Virus record (IMG/VR): IMGVR_UViG_3300031949_000031
Span: 312 to 64,311 of that record
DNA: 64,000 bases
Source: a virus
Lineage: Duplodnaviria; Caudoviricetes
Direction: 5' to 3' (one strand)
Shown here: piece by piece, positions 50,852 to 60,251 of the stretch
Position numbering within the stretch: position 1 is the stretch's first letter
How the letters are laid out: each line of letters starts with the position of its first letter
Program-made: the position numbers and the translations under genes
The notes under the pieces: generated by a model
The model's input: only the letters and a program-made list of their open reading frames with translations
The model's database searches: none
Told to the model about the DNA's origin: nothing

Positions 50852-52847
50852 GCAAATACCATCAAAGCACAGATTACAAGCAGGTCATTTACGACGAAGA
50901 GGGCTTGATAATATGCAGTTGCCGAGACAATAAGCGGGCGGCTGAGGTCTGCCAAATTCTGAATGCCCACGACGCATTGAAAGAGCAGGTCGAGAAGCTC
51001 AAGCGGGAGCTTCTGGAACGGGGTGGACATGGTTCGGGTTGCGCGAAAGAATCTGCGCATTCCCACGAAGAGCAGCAAACTCCTTGTACCTGCGGCTGGC
51101 AGGCCCGGCGGGAGAAGCTGGAAGAGGAACTCAAGAAAGGGGAATAACTATGGGCTACAAGACAAGAAAAGACCAAGTAGATGATTTCATTCGACGGGCC
51201 AAGTTGCCTCTCAAAACGAAAGCCGAGAAAGCCCGATTTCAAGAGGCCATGCGAGACGCTTGCATGGTCGGCGCGTGCGAAGAGCGCCATCGAAATCTCA
51301 AAATCATTTGCGAGTATATCCCCGTCCCAATGCGGACCAAAACGATAGATGAGATTACCAAGAAGTCCGTGCTTAAAGTGCTCGGCTTCGAGGATGGCGG
51401 CGATTGATGGCAAAGGAACAAGACAAATTATTCCCGTACTGGCACGAACTAATGCGATACATTTATGGCGAGCGTGACCGGACAAAAAAGCTTCAGCGAA
51501 AACTTCTCGTTGCGGCCAAACGGTTCCTGCCGGAATATACTTTCACATGGTGGGGTGGTATTCCCTTCTTCAAAGCTCCCTATGGTGATTATGTATGGCA
51601 TTTTTGCGTTTGTATGAAGCAGGAGCAAATCTGGAATTATCCTGAATTCAAGCAAGGTTATCGGTTCGGGTTACATCCTAAAGAGCCATACCGTGACGCG
51701 AATCCTTACGAGGAGCCGTCCAGGGCCGCAAGTTGGGATTATGGATATATCTGGGGTCTTTACAAAGGGAAAAGCTGCAAAGCCCAAAAAAGATTCCGAG
51801 AAGATAAAGGGCTGAAATGATGGCACGAGGACGCGCCTTTGTCTGCTGGTTGGACCATGACAGCAAGCCTAACGAGATTGCACTGCATCAGGGTGACACA
51901 GTATGGTTCCGTCTCAAAAAGCACTGGTGGAAGGCTGTATTCCGCTGTCTCAAAGGCAAGTACGTAGCCGAGACACATGGACGCAGGTTTTGTGTGTACT
52001 TTTGCTGGGATTTGAAACCGTTTATTGAAGGGCCGAAATGATGGCGACGAAAAACACAGCAACCAAACCGTGCCGACACAAAAAAGGCCTGGTCTTTATG
52101 CACGCCGATGACGTGACTTTCACGCCGGACCAGGAACCTTACGAATCCGGTAAAATCGAAAGTAGCGGCCTCGAATCCGTGTGGGCCGGTTTTGTAACGG
52201 CCTTTTACTGCAAAAAGTGTAAGCGGCTTGTGGGCATCGACGTGGACCCCTCTGATATTTCTGAAAGTGTAATCTGATGGCAACAAAAATCCCTTACGTC
52301 TTAGAGATTGAACGTCTCAGGGCCGAAATACGGGCCGTCAGAGGGATGAGTGTGTGGCAATATGAGCCAAGAAGATGAATTACGAGAGGCTTTGAAGTCC
52401 ATGTGCCGCCAGTTCGCGTTTTGGCGCGACGGTTGCGGATTGTGGACGGGCGGTCTATCTGCGTTAGAGGACGCATTTAGCGTATTGGGATGGTCTGACC
52501 CGTATCCCTGCCCTGGAGTACAGTGTGATGAGCCGGGTTGTGGTAAGCAAGGGACGTGTGGATTTCCCGCACCAAAGACAGAGGTGCATCCGAAAGGTTA
52601 TCGCCGAACGTGCAGCGAACATTATAAGTCTGAGGGCAAGCCAAACGGCTGACCATTTTGTCCGCGCGCGCAAAATGGTCCGTGTAAGGAGCAAGGAGTA
52701 TGGAGGCACTATGGCTGGATATACACCGCTGTTTAGCAGCACAGGTAAAAGGAATTTTTTGAAAATAAGCCTTGACGGGCCGCCAGCGGAAGGGCAGATT
52801 GTGAGTTATGGTGATTGAGCAAGTACATTCAACTTGACCGTGATACC

Positions 52848-52906
52848 GGCTGCCGGGAGAACACGCCGCGTGCTCGCTCCTCACCAGACCCGGCAGCCCT
52901 TTTTTG
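52848..52906 (+). terminator. Hairpin + T tract upstream of replication initiator
   Basis: GGCTGCCGGG/CCCGGCAGCC + T tract. Confidence 0.6.
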
Positions 52907-52929
52907 CTTTTGAAGCACGGAGGCTTGCT

Positions 52930-53919
52930 ATGGCAGGGTTTACGAAGCTCTTTTCAAGCATCATAACCTCAAGCATTTGGTCTGAAGATGACAAAACAAG
53001 AATCATGTGGATCACAATGCTCGCAATATCAGACGCCAATGGGCATGTTTCCGGGGCCGTTCCGGGGATGGCGGCGATAGCTCGAATGAGCCTTAAAGAG
53101 GCCGAAAAAGCCATTATTAACCTTTGCAAGGCCGATCCATATTCCCGCAGCAAAGATAAGCAAGGTACTCGGCTTATTGTGGCTGACGGCGGCTGGGACA
53201 TTGTGAATTATCGCAAATACCGAGCCACACGAGACCCTGAAATCAGACGTGAACAGAACCGAAAAGCTCAGGAAAAGTACCGAAGTAAGCAAAAAGTAAG
53301 CCAAAATAAGCCACAATCAGCCCAGGCAGAGGCAGAAGCAGAAGCAGAAGCAATAGAAGAAGAAGTAAAAGAAGAAGAAACGACAACAACACCCCCCGAT
53401 GGGCAACGGACAACGGACAATGGGGATGGGGATGGGGATGGGGAACCAGGATGTCAACACACCGTCAACGTACCGTCAACGGGGGGTCAGACTAAACTAC
53501 AAGAAGTGTCAACGTCAACATCATCTTCGCCCAAAGAAACCAAATCCCACAAAGGCAGTCCAGCCGACAGAATCCTTTCCGCTTGGCAGAAGCTCCCCCT
53601 GCCGCCCGAGAAGAAACAATTCGCCGCCGCCGACATCCTCGCCATCGAGCGGGCCATCTCGATTTTGGCCGGCGATTCTCAGGAACCCGTCCACTATGGT
53701 ATGATTTTGGAGGCCATCAAGAACTACCACCAAGCCCTTTCCCTCTCTGACAGCCAGACCTACAAGCACAAGCTTCACCCCTGGCTGATGGAGCATGTTC
53801 GCAAGTATGTCTCGTACAATTTCGATATAGATCACCACCGGGGCAGTAAATACCAGAAGACAGGCAAGACCGATACGATGGCCGAAATGGAGCGATTGAA
53901 AGCGAAAGGCGAGTTATGA
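52930..53919 (+). CDS. Phage replication initiator / replisome organiser
   Basis: FTKLFSSI..SSIW, GGWDIVNY.KYR, AEAEAEAEA linker encoded by GCAGAA repeats. Confidence 0.8.
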   Translation: MAGFTKLFSSIITSSIWSEDDKTRIMWITMLAISDANGHVSGAVPGMAAIARMSLKEAEKAIINLCKADPYSRSKDKQGTRLIVADGGWDIVNYRKYRATRDPEIRREQNRKAQEKYRSKQKVSQNKPQSAQAEAEAEAEAIEEEVKEEETTTTPPDGQRTTDNGDGDGDGEPGCQHTVNVPSTGGQTKLQEVSTSTSSSPKETKSHKGSPADRILSAWQKLPLPPEKKQFAAADILAIERAISILAGDSQEPVHYGMILEAIKNYHQALSLSDSQTYKHKLHPWLMEHVRKYVSYNFDIDHHRGSKYQKTGKTDTMAEMERLKAKGEL

Positions 53920-54344
53920 CCGATCTGCAAGCCCACGAAATCATCGATGACTGCATCAAAGCCCATTGGCCGGCCTGGGACTTCAAAGGGCGGGAGTTGG
54001 CTGTTTGGGTCGAAGAGCTCCGCAAGTTCGACTTCCACGCCGCCCGGGACGGCATAGATGCGTGCTACCGCGACTGGGACGGCAAGCAGTACCCACGCAT
54101 GAAGAGCATCTTGCGCTACATCCGCACGAGGGCCAAGAGCCGAGTCCAGGCGTCAGGCATCCGCGAACATTACAAAATTTGTCGGGCGGATGGCCGTTTG
54201 CGATGGCGACCGTTCTGGGGGTTGTCCAACGTGCCCCAGCAAGACATCGAGGAAGACGCAATGGCGAAATTGGAGCGGGCCAATATCATCGAACCCGGTC
54301 ATTATATCGTTTGGCCGACGCGAGAAGCCAATGTGCCGTTCTGA
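53916..54344 (+). CDS. Helicase loader/inhibitor-like protein
   Basis: Coupled to the initiator; W...L....F......YP pattern. Confidence 0.55.
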   Translation: MTDLQAHEIIDDCIKAHWPAWDFKGRELAVWVEELRKFDFHAARDGIDACYRDWDGKQYPRMKSILRYIRTRAKSRVQASGIREHYKICRADGRLRWRPFWGLSNVPQQDIEEDAMAKLERANIIEPGHYIVWPTREANVPF

Positions 54345-54468
54345 GATTTGTAGCACGATGAAGCCAAACGAAACTACGCACTCGCACGCGCGCGAGGGGC
54401 CCACGCAGGGCACAGGCGGACAAAACGAAATGAGACTTTTGGGACACAGTAAAAAAGGCGGTGACAAC

Positions 54469-55308
54469 ATGAGCGATATTATCCGCGTCTTTGTGAGGCG
54501 GACCAGTATGACGCCGACGGACGATCTGGTGGTCGTGGGTGAGCCGCCCCTATTCGTCTTGCCGGACTTGCCCATTCATGTATCCGTTGTCTTCAGTTGG
54601 GATATCGACCGTGCAGATGAGTTAGCTACGGTGTGGGCGGCGGTCTATGGAGTTGATCGGGTATCGCTCGGGGGGCCTGCCCTGAGCGACTTGAGACAGA
54701 CGGGCGATCCGGATGGCCCTTTCGTCCCAGGCCGCTATATCAAGGCCGGTGTGACGTTTACTTCGCGCGGCTGTGCTAAGAACTGCCCGTGGTGTTCAGT
54801 ACAAAAGCGAGAAGGCGCATTACGAGAGATCAACATCGCCCCAGGCTGGATCGTCCAAGACAACAACCTCTTGGCGTGCTCACGCGGGCACGTTGAGCGA
54901 GTCTTCGATATGCTTCGTCAGCAGAAGAAAGGGATCATCTTTTCGGGCGGATTGGACATCGACTATCTGCAACCCTGGCACATGGAGCTGCTCAAGAGTA
55001 TCAAGGTCGATGCGTTGTGGGTGGCCTGCGACTGCGAGCAAGATTTAGAGCGGCTCGATAAGGCGAAGGATCTGCTGGGCGATTTCCCCATCGAGAAGAA
55101 ACGTTGCTACGTGATGATCGGTTTCGGCGGAGAGACATTCGATGAAGCTGAGCGGAGATGTGAAGCAGTCTATGCCAAAGGATTCCTGCCCTTCGCGCAA
55201 CTTTATCGAGGTATCCACGCCGAGCCGTGGGGTCCATGCTGGCGGGCGTTGCATCGCAAGTGGTCTCGCCCGGCAGCGTACCGAGCCAGAAAGGAGTTGA
55301 TGAAGTGA
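54469..55308 (+). CDS. Radical SAM protein
   Basis: TSRGCAKNCPWC, DNNLLA, GGP. Confidence 0.8.
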   Translation: MSDIIRVFVRRTSMTPTDDLVVVGEPPLFVLPDLPIHVSVVFSWDIDRADELATVWAAVYGVDRVSLGGPALSDLRQTGDPDGPFVPGRYIKAGVTFTSRGCAKNCPWCSVQKREGALREINIAPGWIVQDNNLLACSRGHVERVFDMLRQQKKGIIFSGGLDIDYLQPWHMELLKSIKVDALWVACDCEQDLERLDKAKDLLGDFPIEKKRCYVMIGFGGETFDEAERRCEAVYAKGFLPFAQLYRGIHAEPWGPCWRALHRKWSRPAAYRARKELMK

Positions 55309-55745
55309 GAATCATAGGAATTGACCCAGGGCAATCGGGCGGAGCGGCGATGATAGGCGATGATGGTGAGGTGTTGGGCGTCGAGGTGTTCAAAAATGCC
55401 ACCGAGCACGATCTGGCCGAACTATTGCGGGAGTGGCGGGATTACGGCGAGGACAAGCCGTTCGCCTACATTGAGAGCGTTCACGCCATGCCGAAGCAGG
55501 GGGTATCGAGCACCTTCAAATTCGGCCAGCATTACGGCTCGCTGCTGATGGGCCTGGCGTGCCTTGAGATTCCCTACGAGCGAGTGGCCCCGGGGGTGTG
55601 GCAGCGGGCGATGGGTTGCCTGACGGGCGGCGAAAAGAACATCTCGAAGGCCAAGGCGCAGCAGTTGTTCCCGGCACTGAAGATCACACATGCAATCGCC
55701 GACGCACTGCTGATAGCAGAATATGGTCGGCGCATGAGAAAATGA
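55305..55745 (+). CDS. RuvC-like Holliday junction resolvase
   Basis: IIGIDPG, IESV, STFKFG, ADALLIA. Confidence 0.9.
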   Translation: MRIIGIDPGQSGGAAMIGDDGEVLGVEVFKNATEHDLAELLREWRDYGEDKPFAYIESVHAMPKQGVSSTFKFGQHYGSLLMGLACLEIPYERVAPGVWQRAMGCLTGGEKNISKAKAQQLFPALKITHAIADALLIAEYGRRMRK

Positions 55746-55774
55746 AACTCTAAATGAACGAAAGGACGTGACAC

Positions 55775-56161
55775 ATGGCAACAAAGACCAAAGAACAACC
55801 AGCAATCAAGACGACGCACGAAACCCGGACGCTCAAATGCAAACTGACGGACGAGGAAATTAGGGAGGCCTCGGACTGTTTGGCGCGGACGCTCGATGAG
55901 CTCGAAATGCTCGAAGATGAGCAGCAGAAGATCAAGAGCGACTTCAAAGCGCAGATCGAGGCCAAAGAAGCGGCGACCCGCGTGCAGAAAAACCTCGTGC
56001 GTGACAAGTACGCCCATAGGCAGGTGCGGTGCACAATGACGATGAACTACAGCACGCTCAAGGTCATCGTGGCGCGAGATGACACCGGCGAGATCATCAC
56101 TGAGAGAGCCATGAACGAGGATGAGAAGCAATTGAAGATCGACTTCGACTCGGAGGAATAG
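55775..56161 (+). CDS. Hypothetical coiled-coil protein
   Basis: Good RBS; operon packing. Confidence 0.7.
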   Translation: MATKTKEQPAIKTTHETRTLKCKLTDEEIREASDCLARTLDELEMLEDEQQKIKSDFKAQIEAKEAATRVQKNLVRDKYAHRQVRCTMTMNYSTLKVIVARDDTGEIITERAMNEDEKQLKIDFDSEE

Positions 56162-56166
56162 CATCT

Positions 56167-56403
56167 ATGCCCAAGATAAAAACAAATGTCACCAAGTGGC
56201 TGCCGGCCAAGGGCCAATGGTTCCATGTGCGCCTCAAGCGCAACAATCACCTGCATACAGCGGGGCCGTTCAAGTGCAGCGAGGCAGTCTCTTACGGCGA
56301 CTACGTGCAACAGATCGAGGCCGTGGATAGTGAGGGCGACCGCTGGCACTTTCCGCTGTCGGAGTTTCGATTCGAGTTGGCAGAAACGCAGAAAAAGACA
56401 TGA
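56167..56403 (+). CDS. Hypothetical protein
   Basis: GGAGG RBS. Confidence 0.65.
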   Translation: MPKIKTNVTKWLPAKGQWFHVRLKRNNHLHTAGPFKCSEAVSYGDYVQQIEAVDSEGDRWHFPLSEFRFELAETQKKT

Positions 56404-56444
56404 CTCGACTCGACAAGATAAGCCTTTTTTGAAAGGAGCACAAG

Positions 56445-57023
56445 ATGTATGAAATCAACGCAACGTACAAAGGTTTAGTACCGATGATGATGGACCGATT
56501 TGCCGACCCTTCCCAAACGGAGAGACCATCGAAGAAAAAGGCAAAAGGGCGCAATGAAGCGGAGATTCTCGCCAAACTGCACATGGACAAAAAAGGGGTT
56601 TTTGTTCCTTCCGACAATATCCGCATGATGCTAATTGGCAACAAGCATCGTCGCGGGGCAGCACAGATTTTAGGTTCAGACATGGAAGCGGCCAAAGGGA
56701 CGAAATATCTATCGATTTGCAAGGGGTTGATTTGGGTTTTGGGGACCGACGACCCGATGAAAGTTTATATCGAGCCTCGTCGGAAAACGTATGACGACGT
56801 GGATGAGCGGTCGTTCCTCAACGCTACAGGCTCACGTTCTATGGCGTATCGGCCTATCATCAAGTTGCCCTGGTCGGTGTCTTTCATTATCCAGGTCACG
56901 GACGACAATATCGACCAGAGCTTCGTCCGGCAGTTGTTCGACGTGGCGGGCCTGCGGTGCGGAGTCTGCGCCTACGGCCCGACGTTTGGCCGGTGCATTA
57001 TCTCGGAGTGGAAACAACGCTAA
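56445..57023 (+). CDS. Stand-alone RAMP/Cas7-like RNA-binding protein
   Basis: N-terminal strand + G..P (TYKGLVP), VFVPSDNIR (cf. IPGSSLKG), C-terminal Gly loop AGLRCGVCAYGPTFGR. Confidence 0.65.
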   Translation: MYEINATYKGLVPMMMDRFADPSQTERPSKKKAKGRNEAEILAKLHMDKKGVFVPSDNIRMMLIGNKHRRGAAQILGSDMEAAKGTKYLSICKGLIWVLGTDDPMKVYIEPRRKTYDDVDERSFLNATGSRSMAYRPIIKLPWSVSFIIQVTDDNIDQSFVRQLFDVAGLRCGVCAYGPTFGRCIISEWKQR

Positions 57024-57025
57024 TC

Positions 57026-57627
57026 GAAACGAGCAGATATGAGCTGAACAGAGCCGACCAGAGCAGAGCAGAACGCCATCGGAGCCGATGGGAACGGAAT
57101 CGATTTGAGCAGAGCAGAACCGAGCAGAGCACCAACAGAGGAAACATGAGACGAAGGGAACAGAGTGGACCCGAGACGATATGAGACGATTCGAACAGAA
57201 TCGAACGGAACGCCACTGGAGCGGACGAGATACGAGGTGAGGCGATTCGAACAGAGCCGAACAGAACACAAGGGGACGGGACCAGAAAAGACCAGAACCG
57301 AACAGAACGCTATTTGATTTGAAGGGAAGTGACCCGAAAAGACAAGATGTGATGGGAATTGACTTGACCAGAGAAGAACACAAGGAGAAAAGAAAAGATC
57401 AGAGTCGAGTTGAGCGGGAAAGAATAGAGAAAAATAGAACGCAAGAGGAATCAAGAAGAGCCGATTGGAAAGGAGGGGAGCTGAGGTGACATGAGCAGAA
57501 TAGAACGCGAATCACCAGAAGAACTGAGCAGAAGTGAGCAGAACTGAGTAGGAAAGAAGCGATCAGAACCGAACGCCAAGGGATCGGAATAGAGCGGAAA
57601 CAAAAAGACCAAAACAGAAAGGAACAC
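57026..57627 (+). repeat. GA-NNN pentamer array, 10 units, putative guide RNAs
   Basis: Parsed by hand: GA recurs every 5 nt; units end in GAACGC, GAACAC or GAGCAC. Confidence 0.9.
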
Positions 57628-57630
57628 AAG

Positions 57631-57909
57631 ATGAACATGGAAATCACAGAAGCCAGAGCAGCACAATTTGACAAACTCGAAAATCAGGCATGCGTATTGT
57701 TGCAGGAGTACCTTGAGGGCAAGCGGACGGGCGGGGACGATATTGTAACCGCCCGCTGCGTGCTCAATGTCATCCGGGGCAACCGCCAGACGACTACAGC
57801 ACGGGATGCCCTGAGATATGCGATGGTCAGCGACTTGGGCGACCCGAAGGTGCGTGAAAGATATGTGAAGGCGACCGAGCCTGAAATCAAAAAACTGCTC
57901 AAAGCATAG
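57631..57909 (+). CDS. Small protein abutting the pentamer array
   Basis: RBS AAAGGA lies inside the last array unit. Confidence 0.75.
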   Translation: MNMEITEARAAQFDKLENQACVLLQEYLEGKRTGGDDIVTARCVLNVIRGNRQTTTARDALRYAMVSDLGDPKVRERYVKATEPEIKKLLKA

Positions 57910-58038
57910 GGCCGGGCCTATCCAAGAGACAGACCGACCGCTTAGTGCCGACAGAAGGCAACGGCGGCCGTTAGCCGATGAATAGGACATGGGCGAATGG
58001 CCCTGAACAACAAGTTCAGACAGAAAGGAGAACCGAGC

Positions 58039-58230
58039 ATGGACTGGATTATTGAAAACTATGATGAGATCGTTAAGGCCATCGGGCTGATTATCGCGGC
58101 GGCCAGCATCATCGTGAGACTAACGCCTACTCAGCGCGACGATGCTTTTTGGCTGCCTGTCATAAAATTCATCGGGAAGTATATTGCTTTGAATAAATAT
58201 GGTCCTTCCAAAGATGAGCGACCTAAATAA
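58039..58230 (+). CDS. Holin-like protein
   Basis: TM segment + ASIIVRLTPT..DD motif; AAAGGAG RBS. Confidence 0.7.
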   Translation: MDWIIENYDEIVKAIGLIIAAASIIVRLTPTQRDDAFWLPVIKFIGKYIALNKYGPSKDERPK

Positions 58231-58237
58231 AATTTGG

Positions 58238-58265
58238 TTGACCATACACTAAAAGATGATATACT
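58238..58265 (+). promoter_or_regulatory. Promoter of inserted HNH gene
   Basis: TTGACC-N16-TATACT. Confidence 0.65.
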
Positions 58266-58287
58266 TACTTCAAAAAAAGGAGCAAGT

Positions 58288-58725
58288 ATGACATCAGAAT
58301 CGCGAAAAAGAGCATGGACAAAATACAACCGTTCAGAGAAAAAAAGGCGTGCGAGTAAAAAGTACTATGAAGCACACAAAGAAGCATGTCTTAGATATTC
58401 AATTGAGTGGCAAAAGAGAAATCGAGAACATGTCAGAGCATTGGAGCGAAAAAGAAATCATACTGCAAAAGGAAGGCAAATTCGCAGAGCCATAGAAAAA
58501 CGTTATTGTGAGAAAAATCGCATCAAAAGATTAGCTAAGGATGCTGTTCATAATGCGATTAGGGCAGGAAAACTCAAAAAGTTACCTTGCGTTATCTGTG
58601 GATGCAAGACTGTTGAAGCACACCATCCTGACTATACAAAACCATTAAAGGTTATGTGGGTGTGTAAAAAGGATCATAAGATTATCCACAAATACGGGAC
58701 CAACGAAGTCGAGAGGCCGAAATGA
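58288..58725 (+). CDS. HNH endonuclease (AT-rich insert)
   Basis: AIRAGKL...PCVICG....AHHPDY..PL.V.WVC..DH...H. Confidence 0.85.
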   Translation: MTSESRKRAWTKYNRSEKKRRASKKYYEAHKEACLRYSIEWQKRNREHVRALERKRNHTAKGRQIRRAIEKRYCEKNRIKRLAKDAVHNAIRAGKLKKLPCVICGCKTVEAHHPDYTKPLKVMWVCKKDHKIIHKYGTNEVERPK

Positions 58726-58873
58726 TCTGCGACAAGTGCGGAAAGCCGATGCGCGTGTATTTGGTCCGGCATAACTTCCCGTGGGAAAAGCGCAAGACAG
58801 AAAAATGGTGCTGCCGGTGTGCGGGATTGGGTGCACTTTTCGCGCGGCGAGAAGAAAAAAAGAAGGTGGTCGA

Positions 58874-59206
58874 ATGAACCTGGGCGTCTGGGCGACAATC
58901 ACAACGTTGCTTCTGAAGTTCCTATGCTTGTTCCGGGGCCGGGGCTACCGGGCCGATGTGACTATCAAGAGCGAGGCGGCTATCGAGGCCGACCGCAAGA
59001 GGCTCGACGCCTTATTCACCAAACTCAAGGAGAAACGCGATGCGATCAAGACCAAAACCAAGCAGGATTGCAAGGCTCGCAAGAACAAGCTGTATCGCTA
59101 TGCTGATGAGTCTATTCTGCCTGAGCTTCTACGGTTGCAACGCGAGTATCGAGACCTCCGACGGGACTTCGTCGCCGCAGGGGGACATCTCCCTCCAGGC
59201 TGGTGA
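58874..59206 (+). CDS. i-spanin-like protein
   Basis: N-terminal TM segment + coiled coil, downstream of holin. Confidence 0.55.
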   Translation: MNLGVWATITTLLLKFLCLFRGRGYRADVTIKSEAAIEADRKRLDALFTKLKEKRDAIKTKTKQDCKARKNKLYRYADESILPELLRLQREYRDLRRDFVAAGGHLPPGW

Positions 59207-59288
59207 AGCGTCGCCGATAGACGGGATGGTAGTTCCGTTCGAGCATTATCAACACATGCGAATCTGTGAGGCATTGTGCGATGACTGA
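59040..59288 (+). CDS. o-spanin-like lipoprotein overlapping the i-spanin
   Basis: Hydrophobic stretch ending in lipobox-like SFYGC, shifted frame. Confidence 0.55.
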   Translation: MRSRPKPSRIARLARTSCIAMLMSLFCLSFYGCNASIETSDGTSSPQGDISLQAGEASPIDGMVVPFEHYQHMRICEALCDD

Positions 59289-59464
59289 GTTGAGAGGGCC
59301 GAGACATGACTGATGATTAACTGGCTCCGAGAATGCTGGGAGCGGGTGCCGAACGGCTGGAAGATGATTCAAGCTTTCCTCATCTTTGTCTTAGCGATAA
59401 TCTATGTGGATTTTCGGTGGGGGCAAAGGAAAAACAGGAAACCCTAATTTTGAAAGGAACCAAG

Positions 59465-60004
59465 ATGAACACAAAATGGGTACAACTGATGGCCTGCGTG
59501 CTGGTGCTGTGTGGCTCAGCGTTCGCGGGCGAACCGAACGAGCCGGTCATTCCGGCGGAACAGGGCCTGACGATCTGGGGCCTGACCGAAGGCGATTCGT
59601 CGAGCACGCTCGAAGCGCGTATCGGCTTGGAACTGGAGAACAGCTTCGAGCCGGGTATCGGGGTCAAGTATTTTACGGGCGATCCTGAGTGGGGGCCTGA
59701 GCCTGACGCTGTCTCGGCGTACCTGGCCTACCACGTCCGCGAGATTGGTCTGATTACCGACGACACCCCGGACAACGCATGGGAAGAGATTCTGCACAGC
59801 CTCAAGACGCGGCCCTATGCCTTGCTGGAAGTGGCCGTTCCTGTGGACGGGGAGCAGCGAAGGCCCAAATTGAACTACGCTATCGGCACCCTGTTCGGGA
59901 ACGACCCGTCGTTCAAGACGGCTTTCGTGGTCGAGTGGATTGTGGGCGATCTGGCAGGTGAGTATGACCACGCCATCCGAATCGGCGGACGGTTCAGGTT
60001 TTGA
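59465..60004 (+). CDS. Outer-membrane beta-barrel-like protein
   Basis: Signal peptide (..GSAFA), amphipathic strands, C-terminal IRIGGRFRF. Confidence 0.65.
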   Translation: MNTKWVQLMACVLVLCGSAFAGEPNEPVIPAEQGLTIWGLTEGDSSSTLEARIGLELENSFEPGIGVKYFTGDPEWGPEPDAVSAYLAYHVREIGLITDDTPDNAWEEILHSLKTRPYALLEVAVPVDGEQRRPKLNYAIGTLFGNDPSFKTAFVVEWIVGDLAGEYDHAIRIGGRFRF

Positions 60005-60251
60005 GAAACAGATGAGTGAAGAAGAACGTATCCGGCGCAAAATCCGTCGCCGCCTCAACAAATTGTGGCTGGACGGCTATCTGAGTTGCGGTCTGAACCG
60101 TCAGCTTAGCAACATTGAAGAGGCTATGTGGCAGATATGGCCGAAACGGAAACGGGCGAGGTAAGCCTGAGTCCTCCTCCGGAGTCCCCTCACCCTGGAA
60201 TGGAGTCTGGGGCGGGGGCTGTTTTGAAACCTTTAGAGAAAGGAAATCAAA

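Noticed and set aside
57026-57627. Canonical CRISPR array, TIGR-type array or simple microsatellite
   Set aside because: There are no 25-40-nt identical repeats with spacers, no box C/D-like motifs and no Nop-domain gene. The variable positions are too diverse and the punctuation too regular for slippage.
56832-57990. Minus-strand ORFs of 91-183 aa across the array
   Set aside because: Low-complexity S/F/L/C/R translations are a by-product of the pyrimidine-rich pentamer strand; no RBS
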